Source: Bacteroidales bacterium (GTDB taxonomy: Bacteria > Bacteroidota > Bacteroidia > Bacteroidales > UBA932). From it: a DNA stretch of 64,000 nt. How positions within the stretch are numbered: position 1 is the first letter of the stretch; every line of letters starts with the position of its first letter. Of this stretch, positions 1-9,699 are shown in pieces. The DNA is taken from the NCBI GenBank assembly GCA_004556005.1, contig SFJA01000001.1:15279-79278 (forward strand), written 5' to 3'. The translations under genes and the position numbers were made by a program. The notes beneath the pieces were generated by a model. That model was not told where the DNA came from, did no database searches, and saw only the letters and a list, made by a program, of their open reading frames with translations.

Positions 1-769
1 TGGCGTTTCTCAGGGTGCCTCCCTCGAGGTCGATGAGCTTGACATCGTGCTTGTCGATGATGCGGTCAAGTATCCTTGCAATCTGCCTATTCGCATTTGC
101 GCGGCAGAGTATGATATCCATTCCGGAATGTCCTCCCTGACAACCCTTTACGGTAAGTGACCAGCACTCGTGTCTGGCAGGCTCGTTGAGTCTGCGGTAG
201 CGTGCGGAGACGCTTGCGTCAAGACCTCCGGCGCATCCTACATATAGTTCGCCTTCGGTTTCGGAGTCGAGGTTGATGAGTATGTCGCCCTTGAGCAGTC
301 CTCCCTTGAGGGCTTTTGCTCCGGTCATGCCCGTTTCTTCGTCGTAGGTAATCAGTATCTCGATAGGGCCGTGCTTGAGATTGCCGTCTGCGGCAACGGC
401 CATTGCGAGAGCAAGTCCTAGTCCGTTGTCAGCTCCGAGCGTAGTGCCGTTTGCCCTTACCCAGTCTCCGTCTATGCGTGTTTCGATAGGGTCTGTGAGG
501 AAATCGTGTACCTTGTCGGCGTTTTTCTGAGGTACCATATCCATATGTCCCTGAAGAACAACGGTTTTGCGGTTCTCGTATCCCGGTGTCGCAGGAACTT
601 TCACAATTACGTTTCCGGTTTCGTCGCAAAAAGCTTCGAGGCTGTGTTCAGCTGCCCAGTCAAGAAGATGCTTGCGTATCACTTCTTCGTGCTTGGAAGG
701 TCTAGGACATCTGGTGATTCCGTAGAATATGTTCCATACCGATGATGGCTGAAGATCTCTGATATCCAT
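1..769 (-). CDS. pepD: Aminoacyl-histidine dipeptidase (M20 family), 5' part; runs off the window
   Basis: Manual translation from ATG at 769: MDIRDLQPSSVWNIFYGITRCPRPSKHEE...VVLQGHMDMV...TTLGADNGLG...LINLDSETEG, typical PepD motifs; missing from the ORF track because it is truncated. Confidence 0.9.
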   Translation of the reverse strand, partial: MDIRDLQPSSVWNIFYGITRCPRPSKHEEVIRKHLLDWAAEHSLEAFCDETGNVIVKVPATPGYENRKTVVLQGHMDMVPQKNADKVHDFLTDPIETRIDGDWVRANGTTLGADNGLGLALAMAVAADGNLKHGPIEILITYDEETGMTGAKALKGGLLKGDILINLDSETEGELYVGCAGGLDASVSARYRRLNEPARHECWSLTVKGCQGGHSGMDIILCRANANRQIARILDRIIDKHDVKLIDLEGGTLRNA

Positions 770-801
770 AATAATTATGCGTTATCTTGTTATATTTCAA
801 A

Positions 802-1629
802 TTATTGCAGAAGCGGTTCCACGAGTTTCGGGAAGTCCCTGTAGTCATATACCCTGATGTAGTCCATACCTCCGAGCCTTACGTGGCTGTCGTTGCCTCC
901 GTCGTCAAGGTCATCTCCTATGAAGATGATCTCGTCGCGGGTATAGCCGTTCTCTTCAGCAAAGCGCATTATCGCGTCATACTTGTTGTACTGCTTCGGA
1001 GTCATATCGAAAGAAGTTGAACCTCCAATAAAGACAGAGTAGTCGCTGAAGTCCTCGCAAACCTCCTTGTACATAGCCCTGCGCTTGGCCTTGTCGGGGT
1101 CAAATGCAAGTTTCTCCTCCTTCGGGGCTTCGGTTCCGAGCAGTCCGAATGTCAGCATTCCGCTGGCGTGAATCTCGACGCTCTTGCCGTAATACTCTGT
1201 GTATCCGTACTTTTCGCGGAGTGCCTGACATTTTGCAAGTACGCTTGCCGTATCTACGGGGCAGACCTCCTTGCGCACTATCTTCCATTCTCCGTCAACG
1301 ACCCTTGCTTCCTCCATTCCGTAGTTGCCGAGTACGTCGATAGGGTAGTCGAGCATCTGCTTGTGGATGCGCTCGGCTCCGCCGCCGCCCACCATCAAAA
1401 GCGCGTAGCGTTCGCCGAGCTTGTCAAGCGCCTGGCGCGCCGAGTCGCTGAGCGGGGTCTTGTGCTGGGTCAGGGTGGCGTCGAGATCCATACATACGAG
1501 TTTCTTTTCGGCACCCTTGCACAACGCCGGGGCGGTCTGCTGAAGCTCTTCACTGTATTTCGGACGGTTGTTGCAAGAAACGCAGAACAGTGCCGCAACG
1601 GCAAGGAGAAGTAATGTGGTCCTTTTCAT
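802..1629 (-). CDS. HAD-IIB (phosphomannomutase-like) hydrolase with lipoprotein signal peptide
   Basis: True start likely MKRTTLLLLAVAALFCVSC (lipobox); DLDAT motif I; IFIGDDLDDGGND resembles the PMM motif IV; the ORF-track extension overlaps the tRNA. Confidence 0.75.
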   Translation of the reverse strand: MKRTTLLLLAVAALFCVSCNNRPKYSEELQQTAPALCKGAEKKLVCMDLDATLTQHKTPLSDSARQALDKLGERYALLMVGGGGAERIHKQMLDYPIDVLGNYGMEEARVVDGEWKIVRKEVCPVDTASVLAKCQALREKYGYTEYYGKSVEIHASGMLTFGLLGTEAPKEEKLAFDPDKAKRRAMYKEVCEDFSDYSVFIGGSTSFDMTPKQYNKYDAIMRFAEENGYTRDEIIFIGDDLDDGGNDSHVRLGGMDYIRVYDYRDFPKLVEPLLQ

Positions 1630-1647
1630 AATCGCGTTTTGTGTTTG

Positions 1648-1718
1648 TTGGGATATCAAGATTCGAACTTGAACTGCAAGTGCCAAAAACTTGAGTGCTG
1701 CCATTACACCATACCCCA
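1648..1718 (-). tRNA. tRNA-Gln(TTG), CCA not encoded
   Basis: Cloverleaf: acceptor TGGGGTA/TATCCCA, D arm GTGT-AATGGCA-GCAC, anticodon arm CAAGT-TTTTGGC-ACTTG, T arm TCAAG-TTCGAAT-CTTGA; TATCTTTG box upstream. Confidence 0.93.
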
Positions 1719-1765
1719 ATTCCAGTTGACAAAGATATATATTATTGTTTGGAAATACAAGTTTT

Positions 1766-2203
1766 CTATTTGCGCTTCGCTTTAAAGTAGTCGCTTACGA
1801 TGGATGAGCATTCTTCAGCCAGAACTCCTTCCGAAGCCGTGGTTTTGGGATGCAGCAGCGAAGGGCTGAACAGCGTAAATCCGCGTTTAGGATCGCCAGC
1901 TCCCCAGACCACCCTTCCTATCTGTGCCCAGGCAAGTGCTGCGGCGCACATAGGGCAGGGCTCCACGGTAACGTATATCGTGCAGTCATTGAGGTACTTG
2001 CCTCCGACTGCCTGAGTTGCGGCAGTAAGCGCAATCATTTCCGCGTGGGCTGTCGGGTCGCACAATCTTTCCGTCATATTGTGCCCCCTTGCAATGATCC
2101 TGCCCTTGTAGCAGATTATGGCTCCGACGGGAACTTCGTCTTCCTCCGCCGCTGCACGAGCCTCCTTGAGCGCTTCCTGCATTAACCTGATGTCTTCTTC
2201 CAT
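1766..2203 (-). CDS. tadA: tRNA adenosine deaminase (TadA family)
   Basis: EVPVGA, PTAHAE and TVEPCPMC zinc motifs; start MEEDIRLMQ. Confidence 0.88.
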   Translation of the reverse strand: MEEDIRLMQEALKEARAAAEEDEVPVGAIICYKGRIIARGHNMTERLCDPTAHAEMIALTAATQAVGGKYLNDCTIYVTVEPCPMCAAALAWAQIGRVVWGAGDPKRGFTLFSPSLLHPKTTASEGVLAEECSSIVSDYFKAKRK

Positions 2204-2272
2204 AGCGAAATGTTTCAACAAAGATATCTCTAAATCTTGGAAAGTTTCAAAAAAAGTTTCAATTTCGCACTG

Positions 2273-4897
2273 ATGAAAAAGTCCAGACTGTTTCTGATTG
2301 ACGGACACGCCCTCATTTTCAAGATGTATTACGCATTTCAGGGCCGTCCCATGGTCAATGCCAAGGGTGTTGACACTTCCATACTTTTCGGAACCGCCAA
2401 GTATCTGTTCGAGCTGATAGCCCGCGAGCAGCCAAGCCATCTCGCAGTGGCATTCGACCCGCCCGGAGGCTGCTTCCGCAATGTGCTTTACCCTCAGTAC
2501 AAGGCTAACAGGGCAGAGACGCCGCAGTTGGTAATCGATGCTCTGGAGCCGCTCAAGGCAATGGTGGAAGCAATGCGCATTCCTGTCCTTATGGAGAGCG
2601 GCTTTGAGGCTGACGATGTGGTCGGAACGGCTGCAAAGCGCTTTGGTTCAGATGATTGCGATGTCTTTATGGTGACTCCGGACAAGGATTACGGGCAGCT
2701 GGTCAGCTCCTGCATCCATCAGTACAAACCGGGCAAGTCAGGCTCCGACAACGAGATTCTCGGACCTGCCGAGGTCTGCGCGAAATGGAACATAGAATCG
2801 CCTTTACAGGTAATAGATATGCTTGCAATCTGCGGAGATTCAGCCGATAACGTACCCGGAGTCCAGGGCGTTGGCCCCGTCGGGGCATCCAAGCTCCTGA
2901 ACCGTTTCGGAAGCATTGACGGAATATACTCCCACCTTTCCGAACTCACTCCGCGCCAGCAGACCCAGTTCGAAGCCGCTCGCGACCATATCGGGCTTTC
3001 CCGCGAACTTGTCACGATACGTACGGACGTCGCCCTGGACTGCAGCCTGGAAGATATGCTGCTGCAGGACTACAACACCCCCGAGCTGAATCAGTGGCTC
3101 GTAAATTACGAGATGCCGTCGCTCCTGCGTATGCTCTCCCGTCTTGCCCCTGCCGCGCCCGAGGCTGCTTCCGGAAGCAGCCCAAAGCCCTCTGCGGCAT
3201 TGAGTTACAACACCGTAGGATATGGAGAATTCGTCCCTTCAGCGAGGTCTGCCGGCAGGCTTGCGGTTCTGATGCCCGATTCCGGAGAACAGCTATACCT
3301 CGCAGCTGGGGACAAGCTATGTTGCAGCAGTGCCGCTCAAGCGCGGGAACTGCTTGAGGATGAGTCGCTTGCAAAATGCGGAGAGGACCTGAAGGGCCTG
3401 TATCGACGGCTGGCGGCAAAGGGAATTGAACTCAGGGGCAAGCTGCTGGATGTCAGCATTATGCATTACGTCCTCAATCCTGAGGGAAGTCATTCCCTGC
3501 AGACGCTTTCGCTTTCGCTTCTGGGTGTGGACCTGGAAGAGGGACAGCTTGCTCAGGGAGACCTTTTCGGGCAGACGGAGGATGCTCCTGACAGCACTTG
3601 CGACAGACGCTGCTTCATTGCGGGCCGCATTGCCGATATCCTGGCATCCCGTATGGACGAAACGGCAAGGAAACTTTACGATGACGTAGAGGCACCACTG
3701 ATAAGGGTGCTTGCAAAAATGGAAGCCAGGGGCGTAAGAATCGACCTCGGCTCGTTGAAGACGTTTGCGGAAGGACTGCGGAAAAGCATAGCAGGCAATG
3801 AAGAACTGGTCCGCAGCGTTGCTGGCAATCCGGACCTCAACCTCAGTTCTCCGAAGCAGGTGGGCGAACTGCTGTTTGCGCAGCTCAAGCTTGCTCCGGG
3901 CATCAAGAGGGCCAGGAACGGTAATTTTCCTACTGACGAACAGACCCTCAGCGAGATAGAAGGTGACAATCCTGTTGTGGACGCAATACTGCAGTACAGG
4001 GGAGACCGAAAACTGCTGGGTACGTACATTGACCCTTTCCCGTCCTATGTCAATCCGGCGGATGGAAGAGTGCATACGACTTTCAATCAGTCACTTACGG
4101 CTACGGGAAGGCTTTCGAGCTCCAACCCTAACCTGCAGAATATCCCGGTGAGGACCGAACAGGGCAGGGAGATACGCAGGGCCTTCGTGCCCGGCGGGGA
4201 GGACTGCCTTATGATGGCTGCCGACTATTCGCAGATAGAACTCAGGATTATGGCTCATCTGTGCGGGGACAAGCATCTGCGGGAGGCTTTTCTTGAGGGC
4301 CGCGACGTTCACGCCGCAACTGCTGCAAAGGTTTTCCACAAGGCTCTCGAGGATGTGAGCGCGGATGAACGCAGGGCTGCAAAGGCGGTCAATTTCGGAA
4401 TTATGTACGGTATGTCGTCTTTTGGCCTGAGCCAGCGCCTGAAATGCTCAAGGAGTGAAGCGAAGGCGATTATCGATGATTATTTCAGGTCTTTCCCTGA
4501 CATCAGGGACTTTATCGACACTACGCTTGCCGTTGCAAGGGAAACGGGTTATGTCGAGACCATTTTCGGCAGACGCAGATATGTTTCGGAACTCAATTCG
4601 CGCAATGCAAACGTCAAGGCGGCCGCTGAGCGCAATGCCGTAAATGCCCCGATACAGGGCAGTGCGGCAGATATCATCAAGCTTGCGATGATTGCCGTGG
4701 ACAGGCGTCTTGAAGAAGAAGGTTACGGCGCCAGGATGGTGCTTCAGATTCACGATGAACTCCTGCTCGAAGTGCCCGCAGCCGAGCTTGAGGCCGTTTC
4801 GGCCCTGCTTAGGGAGGAAATGGAAGGTGTGGTGCGGCTGAGTGTTCCTTTAACGGTAGAATGTAATTATGGAAAGAACTGGCTTGAAGCCCATTGA
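2273..4897 (+). CDS. polA: DNA polymerase I
   Basis: 5'-3' exonuclease LIDG, YKANR, EADD; polymerase TGRLSSSNPNLQNIP, DYSQIELR, LQIHDEL. Confidence 0.97.
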   Translation: MKKSRLFLIDGHALIFKMYYAFQGRPMVNAKGVDTSILFGTAKYLFELIAREQPSHLAVAFDPPGGCFRNVLYPQYKANRAETPQLVIDALEPLKAMVEAMRIPVLMESGFEADDVVGTAAKRFGSDDCDVFMVTPDKDYGQLVSSCIHQYKPGKSGSDNEILGPAEVCAKWNIESPLQVIDMLAICGDSADNVPGVQGVGPVGASKLLNRFGSIDGIYSHLSELTPRQQTQFEAARDHIGLSRELVTIRTDVALDCSLEDMLLQDYNTPELNQWLVNYEMPSLLRMLSRLAPAAPEAASGSSPKPSAALSYNTVGYGEFVPSARSAGRLAVLMPDSGEQLYLAAGDKLCCSSAAQARELLEDESLAKCGEDLKGLYRRLAAKGIELRGKLLDVSIMHYVLNPEGSHSLQTLSLSLLGVDLEEGQLAQGDLFGQTEDAPDSTCDRRCFIAGRIADILASRMDETARKLYDDVEAPLIRVLAKMEARGVRIDLGSLKTFAEGLRKSIAGNEELVRSVAGNPDLNLSSPKQVGELLFAQLKLAPGIKRARNGNFPTDEQTLSEIEGDNPVVDAILQYRGDRKLLGTYIDPFPSYVNPADGRVHTTFNQSLTATGRLSSSNPNLQNIPVRTEQGREIRRAFVPGGEDCLMMAADYSQIELRIMAHLCGDKHLREAFLEGRDVHAATAAKVFHKALEDVSADERRAAKAVNFGIMYGMSSFGLSQRLKCSRSEAKAIIDDYFRSFPDIRDFIDTTLAVARETGYVETIFGRRRYVSELNSRNANVKAAAERNAVNAPIQGSAADIIKLAMIAVDRRLEEEGYGARMVLQIHDELLLEVPAAELEAVSALLREEMEGVVRLSVPLTVECNYGKNWLEAH

Positions 4898-5471
4898 TGA
4901 ACTGGTGCGAAGGGCGATAATAGGTGACGGTACCGCCTTTACCAAGTTGTGGGACACCTATGTGGATGCCCTCAAGACTTACCTGCGCTCCACTTTCAGC
5001 AATCTCGACCCCTTCTTTGTGGATGACATCTGTTCCCGAAGTTTCGAAAAGGCTTTCAGGCAGATAGGAAGCTTCGACCCCGGCCGCAGCCGTTTCTTTA
5101 CCTGGCTCAAGGTCATTGCCCACAATACCGCGCTCGATACCCTGTATCAAGAGTCGCAGTCCCAGCGTAACTACGTGCATATCGACTACGGTGCGGAGAT
5201 TGACATCATCGATACCCTGGGCGACGATACCGCCGACTCTCCTCTCAACAGCATAATCAGGGAAGAATACGAAAACCAGACGCTCAGATACATAGAGGGC
5301 TTGCCGGAACTTTACCGCAGCGTTGCACGGCACAGGCTTGTGGAGGGTATGCAGTATAAGGAGATTGCCGAGGAAACCGGACTGGAGCTAAATACGGTAA
5401 GGACCAGGATACGCCGCGCAAAGGCTATGATAGAAAAGATGAAACAAAACGAGTCGTCAAATCAGGAATAA
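4869..5471 (+). CDS. ECF-type RNA polymerase sigma factor
   Basis: Region 2 FFTWLKVIAHNTALD; region 4 YKEIAEETGLELNTVRTRIRRAK. Confidence 0.9.
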   Translation: MERTGLKPIDELVRRAIIGDGTAFTKLWDTYVDALKTYLRSTFSNLDPFFVDDICSRSFEKAFRQIGSFDPGRSRFFTWLKVIAHNTALDTLYQESQSQRNYVHIDYGAEIDIIDTLGDDTADSPLNSIIREEYENQTLRYIEGLPELYRSVARHRLVEGMQYKEIAEETGLELNTVRTRIRRAKAMIEKMKQNESSNQE

Positions 5472-5503
5472 TCATTATATTTGCAATAACCAATTATTAT
5501 ACT

Positions 5504-7123
5504 TTGGAAAAGGACTATGATGTGATTATTATCGGCGGCGGCATTACCGGCGCCGGTACTGCGCGTGACTGCGCGTTGAGGGGACTCAGGACCCTGCTTG
5601 TAGAGAGGCACGACATTGCCGACGGAGCTACGGGACGCAATCACGGGCTGCTCCACAGCGGAGCGAGATATGCGGTCAAGGATGCCGAATCTGCGACCGA
5701 GTGTATAAAGGAAAACCGCATCCTGCGCAATATTGCTTCTGCCTGTATCGAAGATACCGGCGGTCTTTTCATTACCCTTCCTGAAGATGAAAAGACGGGA
5801 TACGGACTTGACTACCAAAAGACTTTCGTGGATGCCTGCCACAAGGCCGGAATTGATGCGGAAGTCATATCCCCGGAAAAGGCCAGGGCTATGGAACCTT
5901 CCGTAAATCCTGATCTTATCGGCGCCGTAGTCGTGCCTGACGGTGCCGTGGACCCTTTCCGCCTGTGCTCCGCAAACGTGCTCGATGCGCGGCTCAACGG
6001 AGCCGACGTGCTTCAGTACACTACCTTTGAACGGTTCGTCATCGAGCAGGGCAGGGTATGCGGCGTTATCGTGCGGGAACAGGCAAGCGGCAGGACAAGA
6101 CAATTCAGGGCACCCGTAACCGTTAATGCAGCAGGTATCTGGGGACATTATGTAGCTTCCATGGCCGGTGTCACCATATCGATGTACCCCGCAAAGGGAG
6201 CACTGCTGGTTTTTGGACACAGGGTAAACAATATGGTTATCAACCGCTGCCGCAAGTCTGCCGACGGCGACATTCTCGTTCCGGGAGACAGCGTCTGCAT
6301 CATAGGCACCACCTCTACCAAGGTTCCTTTTGAGGAATGCGACGATATGAGGGTCACCCGCGAGGAGGTGGAACTCCTGCTTCGTGAGGGCTGCGCTCTC
6401 TGTCCGTCCCTCTCCAGTACCAGAATCCTGCGCGCATACGCGGGCGTCAGACCTCTGGTCGCAAGTGACGACGACCCGACAGGACGCTCCATCAGCCGCG
6501 GCATCGTATGCCTCGACCACGCCAAACGAGACGGCATCGAGGGCCTTATCAGCATCACCGGCGGTAAACTGATGACATACAGGCTTATGGCCGAACAGGC
6601 AGCCGACATGGTCTGCAGCAAGCTGGGTAGCAATGCGAGATGCCGCACCGCGCAGCAACCGCTTCCGGGATCGGGTTCCTTCAGCATCAGAAAGGCCGGA
6701 GAAGGCCGCTGGCACCATCCTAACATGGGTCAGAAGGCTGCAATTGGCCGTCAGGGTCTCCGGGCCCTCGACATCAGTTTCTCGGGAAAGGATGACTCCA
6801 CGCTTGTGTGCGAATGCGAACACGTCACGCTCGGTGAGCTGCGCTATGCCGTAAGCAACCTCGGAGTCACTAATCTCAGCGACCTGCGCCGCAGGACACG
6901 CATAGGAATGGGGACCTGCCAGGGAACTTACTGCATCTACAAGGCGGCCGCCGCTCTTGCGGAGGTGCTCGGAGTGCCTGAAAAGGCGGAAGAATTTGCC
7001 CAAGAATACCTCAACGAGCGCTGGAAGGGAATGTGCCCGGTGGCGTGGGGCGATACATTGAGAGAAATGGAATTTATGCAGAAAGTATATAAGGAAGGGA
7101 GGCCTTACAGCTATGAAGGTTGA
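5504..7123 (+). CDS. glpA: Anaerobic glycerol-3-phosphate dehydrogenase subunit A (TTG start)
   Basis: IIGGGITG, GATGRNHGLLHSGARY, AYAGVRPL, ITGGKLMTYR, C-terminal CECE...GMGTCQGTYC. Confidence 0.95.
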   Translation: MEKDYDVIIIGGGITGAGTARDCALRGLRTLLVERHDIADGATGRNHGLLHSGARYAVKDAESATECIKENRILRNIASACIEDTGGLFITLPEDEKTGYGLDYQKTFVDACHKAGIDAEVISPEKARAMEPSVNPDLIGAVVVPDGAVDPFRLCSANVLDARLNGADVLQYTTFERFVIEQGRVCGVIVREQASGRTRQFRAPVTVNAAGIWGHYVASMAGVTISMYPAKGALLVFGHRVNNMVINRCRKSADGDILVPGDSVCIIGTTSTKVPFEECDDMRVTREEVELLLREGCALCPSLSSTRILRAYAGVRPLVASDDDPTGRSISRGIVCLDHAKRDGIEGLISITGGKLMTYRLMAEQAADMVCSKLGSNARCRTAQQPLPGSGSFSIRKAGEGRWHHPNMGQKAAIGRQGLRALDISFSGKDDSTLVCECEHVTLGELRYAVSNLGVTNLSDLRRRTRIGMGTCQGTYCIYKAAAALAEVLGVPEKAEEFAQEYLNERWKGMCPVAWGDTLREMEFMQKVYKEGRPYSYEG

Positions 7124-7622
7124 TACTCTTGTGATTGGCAATGGCGCTGTAGCCTTGCAGGCTGCGCTGGAGAGTCTTGACAGGGGAGAGTCGTGCGCGG
7201 TCATCGCTCCGGGTCTTTCGCTCGAGCAGACCGACTGGAGCGGTTTTGTCAGGCGCGGAGGAATTCTCCTGAAGGGAGACAGGGCCGAGGCTGCTTCAGT
7301 TTCCGGCGGAAAGGTCGAATGGGTGCGCAGCCGCAGTCTGGGTCCGGACGCAATAGTAGCAGGAAGCTATGTCCTGGCTACGGGACGTTTCTATGACGGA
7401 GGGCTGGTTGCGGATATGGACAGGGTTTACGAACCTCTTTTCGGGTTGGACGTTGAATATGAAAAAGACCGCAGCAAGTGGTTCGATCCTGACTTTTTTG
7501 CGCCACAGCCTTTCCTGAGTTTCGGTGTGAGGGTGGATGCCGACGGACATCCTTCCGTTCAAGGAGTTACAGTCAACAACCTGCTGGTCAAGGGTGAAAT
7601 CCTTGCCGGCTGCAGCAGATAG
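7113..7622 (+). CDS. glpB: GlpB-like subunit, unusually short (169 aa)
   Basis: Lies between glpA and glpC; ATGRFYDGGLVA...EPLFGLDV...WFDPDFFAPQPFLSFGVRVD matches the GlpB C-terminal region; degenerate N-terminal dinucleotide motif. Confidence 0.75.
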   Translation: MKVDTLVIGNGAVALQAALESLDRGESCAVIAPGLSLEQTDWSGFVRRGGILLKGDRAEAASVSGGKVEWVRSRSLGPDAIVAGSYVLATGRFYDGGLVADMDRVYEPLFGLDVEYEKDRSKWFDPDFFAPQPFLSFGVRVDADGHPSVQGVTVNNLLVKGEILAGCSR

Positions 7623-7628
7623 AGGAAA

Positions 7629-8876
7629 ATGCAGGAAAAGAATATCAGCCGGCTTAATCTGGAGCAGTGTCAGAAATGCTCGCTCTGTAATACTGTCTGC
7701 CCAATGATGGCAGTCAATCCGGCATATCCGGGCCCAAAGCGTTCCGGCCCTGACGGGGAACGCTACAGACTGAAGGATCCCGTTTTTTATGACGAGGCGC
7801 TCAAGTATTGTCTGAACTGCAAGCGCTGCGAAGTCGCCTGTCCTTCCGACGTGAAGATTGCCGATATGATTTCGGAGGCGCGTCTCTCATACGGACATAT
7901 GTCCAGACCTTTGCGCGACTGGACCCTCGCCAATACGGATCTGGTGGGCAGCCTTGCATCGCCACTCTCCGGCATAGTCAATCCCGTTCTGGGCTCCCGC
8001 CCTGTCAAGTATCTGATGGATAAGGTGATAGGGGTGGATGAGCGCAGACGCTTCCCATCTTACAGCAAGCAGACCTTTGAGAAATGGTTCCGCAGTGAAG
8101 CCCTCGAGAAGCAGGGTTCTTACAAAAAGCAGGTATCTTTCTTCCACGGCTGCTACATCAACTACAATTATCCTCAGCTCGGAAAGGATCTGGTCAGCCT
8201 GATGAATGCCTGCGGATACGGTGTGCGGCTGCTGGAAAAGGAGAAATGCTGCGGAGTAGCGCTTATTGCAAACGGACTCGGCAAGCAGGCAGCCTCACAG
8301 GCCCGCACCAATATGTCGTCGATACGCAAGGCATTGGACGGCAAGTCTGAAGCCGTGCTCGGCGCAAGCTCCACCTGTATGTTTACGATGAGGGACGAAT
8401 ACCCTCACGTCCTCGGCGTGGGCAACGACGGGGTGCGCGACTCTCTGATGCTCGCCGTTGCATTCATAGCCCGCAAGGTGGAGGAAGGCAGCGTCAAGCT
8501 TGCATTCAGGCAGGATTATCACAGGAAGATGGCATATCATACAGCCTGCCATATGCAGAAGCTCGGCTGGTCTGTATATTCCATCAAGCTGCTCAGGATG
8601 ATTCCGGGGCTCGAGCTTGAGGTCCTTGACCAGGAGTGCTGCGGTATCGCGGGAACATTCGGATTCAAGAAAGAGAATTACGATTATTCACAGGCCATAG
8701 GTTCCAAACTTTTCAGCTCAATAGCCAAATCAGGTGCAGGAGAGGTTGTGACCGAATGTGAAACCTGCAAGTGGCAGATCGAGATGAGTGCGGGGGTAAA
8801 GGTGCTCAACCCTGTTTCCGTACTTGTCGAGGCTCTGGATATGGAAAAAACCAAAGAATTGAACAGCAATGGATAA
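7629..8876 (+). CDS. glpC: Anaerobic glycerol-3-phosphate dehydrogenase subunit C
   Basis: Two CxxCxxCxxxCP motifs, YPGPKRSGPDGER, two CCG domains. Confidence 0.95.
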   Translation: MQEKNISRLNLEQCQKCSLCNTVCPMMAVNPAYPGPKRSGPDGERYRLKDPVFYDEALKYCLNCKRCEVACPSDVKIADMISEARLSYGHMSRPLRDWTLANTDLVGSLASPLSGIVNPVLGSRPVKYLMDKVIGVDERRRFPSYSKQTFEKWFRSEALEKQGSYKKQVSFFHGCYINYNYPQLGKDLVSLMNACGYGVRLLEKEKCCGVALIANGLGKQAASQARTNMSSIRKALDGKSEAVLGASSTCMFTMRDEYPHVLGVGNDGVRDSLMLAVAFIARKVEEGSVKLAFRQDYHRKMAYHTACHMQKLGWSVYSIKLLRMIPGLELEVLDQECCGIAGTFGFKKENYDYSQAIGSKLFSSIAKSGAGEVVTECETCKWQIEMSAGVKVLNPVSVLVEALDMEKTKELNSNG

Positions 8877-9699
8877 GCAGCTCAAAGAAAAGTTGTCGCG
8901 CATCAGGCACGTCGCACTTGACATGGACGGTACCATATATCTCGGAAATACTCTTTTCCCATATACAATACCTTTTTTGGAAAAACTCGGCAAGCTGGGT
9001 ATAAGCTATTCCTTCCTGACGAACAATCCGACCAAGTCGCTGGATGACTATGTCGCCAAGCTTCTGCGTCTGGGTGTGCCTTGCCGCCACGACCAGATGT
9101 ACAGTACAGCGACTGCCGCCATCGACTATCTCAAGGCGCATCGTCCCGAGGTCAAGAGGCTTTTCCTTCTGGGTACACCATCTATGATTTCCCAATTCGA
9201 GGAAGCGGGCTTTGTTTCAACCGCAGACGATCCGGATGACGTTCCTGATATGGTTCTGGTGGCATTTGACCCGACTCTGGTGTACGGCAGGCTGTGTCGC
9301 GCCGCGTGGTGGGTGTCTCAGGGGCTGCCATATATCGCGACCAACCCGGACTGGGTATGTCCTACTGATGAAAAGACAATTCTTGTCGATTGCGGCAGCC
9401 TTACCGCCTGTATCGAGGGCGCAACGGGACGCAAGCCGGACCTTGTCATAGGCAAGCCCAATCCTGACATCCTGCTCTGCGTTGCCGAGAAGCTCGGATT
9501 GCAGCCGGACCAGCTCGCAATGGTAGGCGACCGACTCTACACCGATGTCAAGACGGCGCTCAATGCCGGTTCCTGCGGCATACTCGTCCTTTCGGGCGAG
9601 ACCAGTCTGGAAACCGCGCTTGCTTCAGACGACACCCCGACGCTGATCTGCCGCGACATAGAAGAATTTGGCCAGTATCTCGAACAGGCAGCGGAATGA
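8869..9699 (+). CDS. HAD-IIA (NagD-like) phosphatase
   Basis: DMDGT, FLTNN, IATNPD, GKP, MVGDRLYTD. Confidence 0.9.
   Translation: MDKQLKEKLSRIRHVALDMDGTIYLGNTLFPYTIPFLEKLGKLGISYSFLTNNPTKSLDDYVAKLLRLGVPCRHDQMYSTATAAIDYLKAHRPEVKRLFLLGTPSMISQFEEAGFVSTADDPDDVPDMVLVAFDPTLVYGRLCRAAWWVSQGLPYIATNPDWVCPTDEKTILVDCGSLTACIEGATGRKPDLVIGKPNPDILLCVAEKLGLQPDQLAMVGDRLYTDVKTALNAGSCGILVLSGETSLETALASDDTPTLICRDIEEFGQYLEQAAE

Noticed and set aside
1648..1718. tRNA as an integration site
   Set aside because: No integrase and no duplicated tRNA 3' end seen in the window
1630..1719. N-terminal extension of the HAD ORF in the track
   Set aside because: It reads through the tRNA-Gln; the signal peptide starts at 1629
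5462..7204. 580-aa antisense ORF over glpA, and similar long antisense ORFs over polA, oadA, addB, dnaK and nhaC
   Set aside because: Shadow frames of well-supported genes, with no recognisable motifs; expected from codon bias
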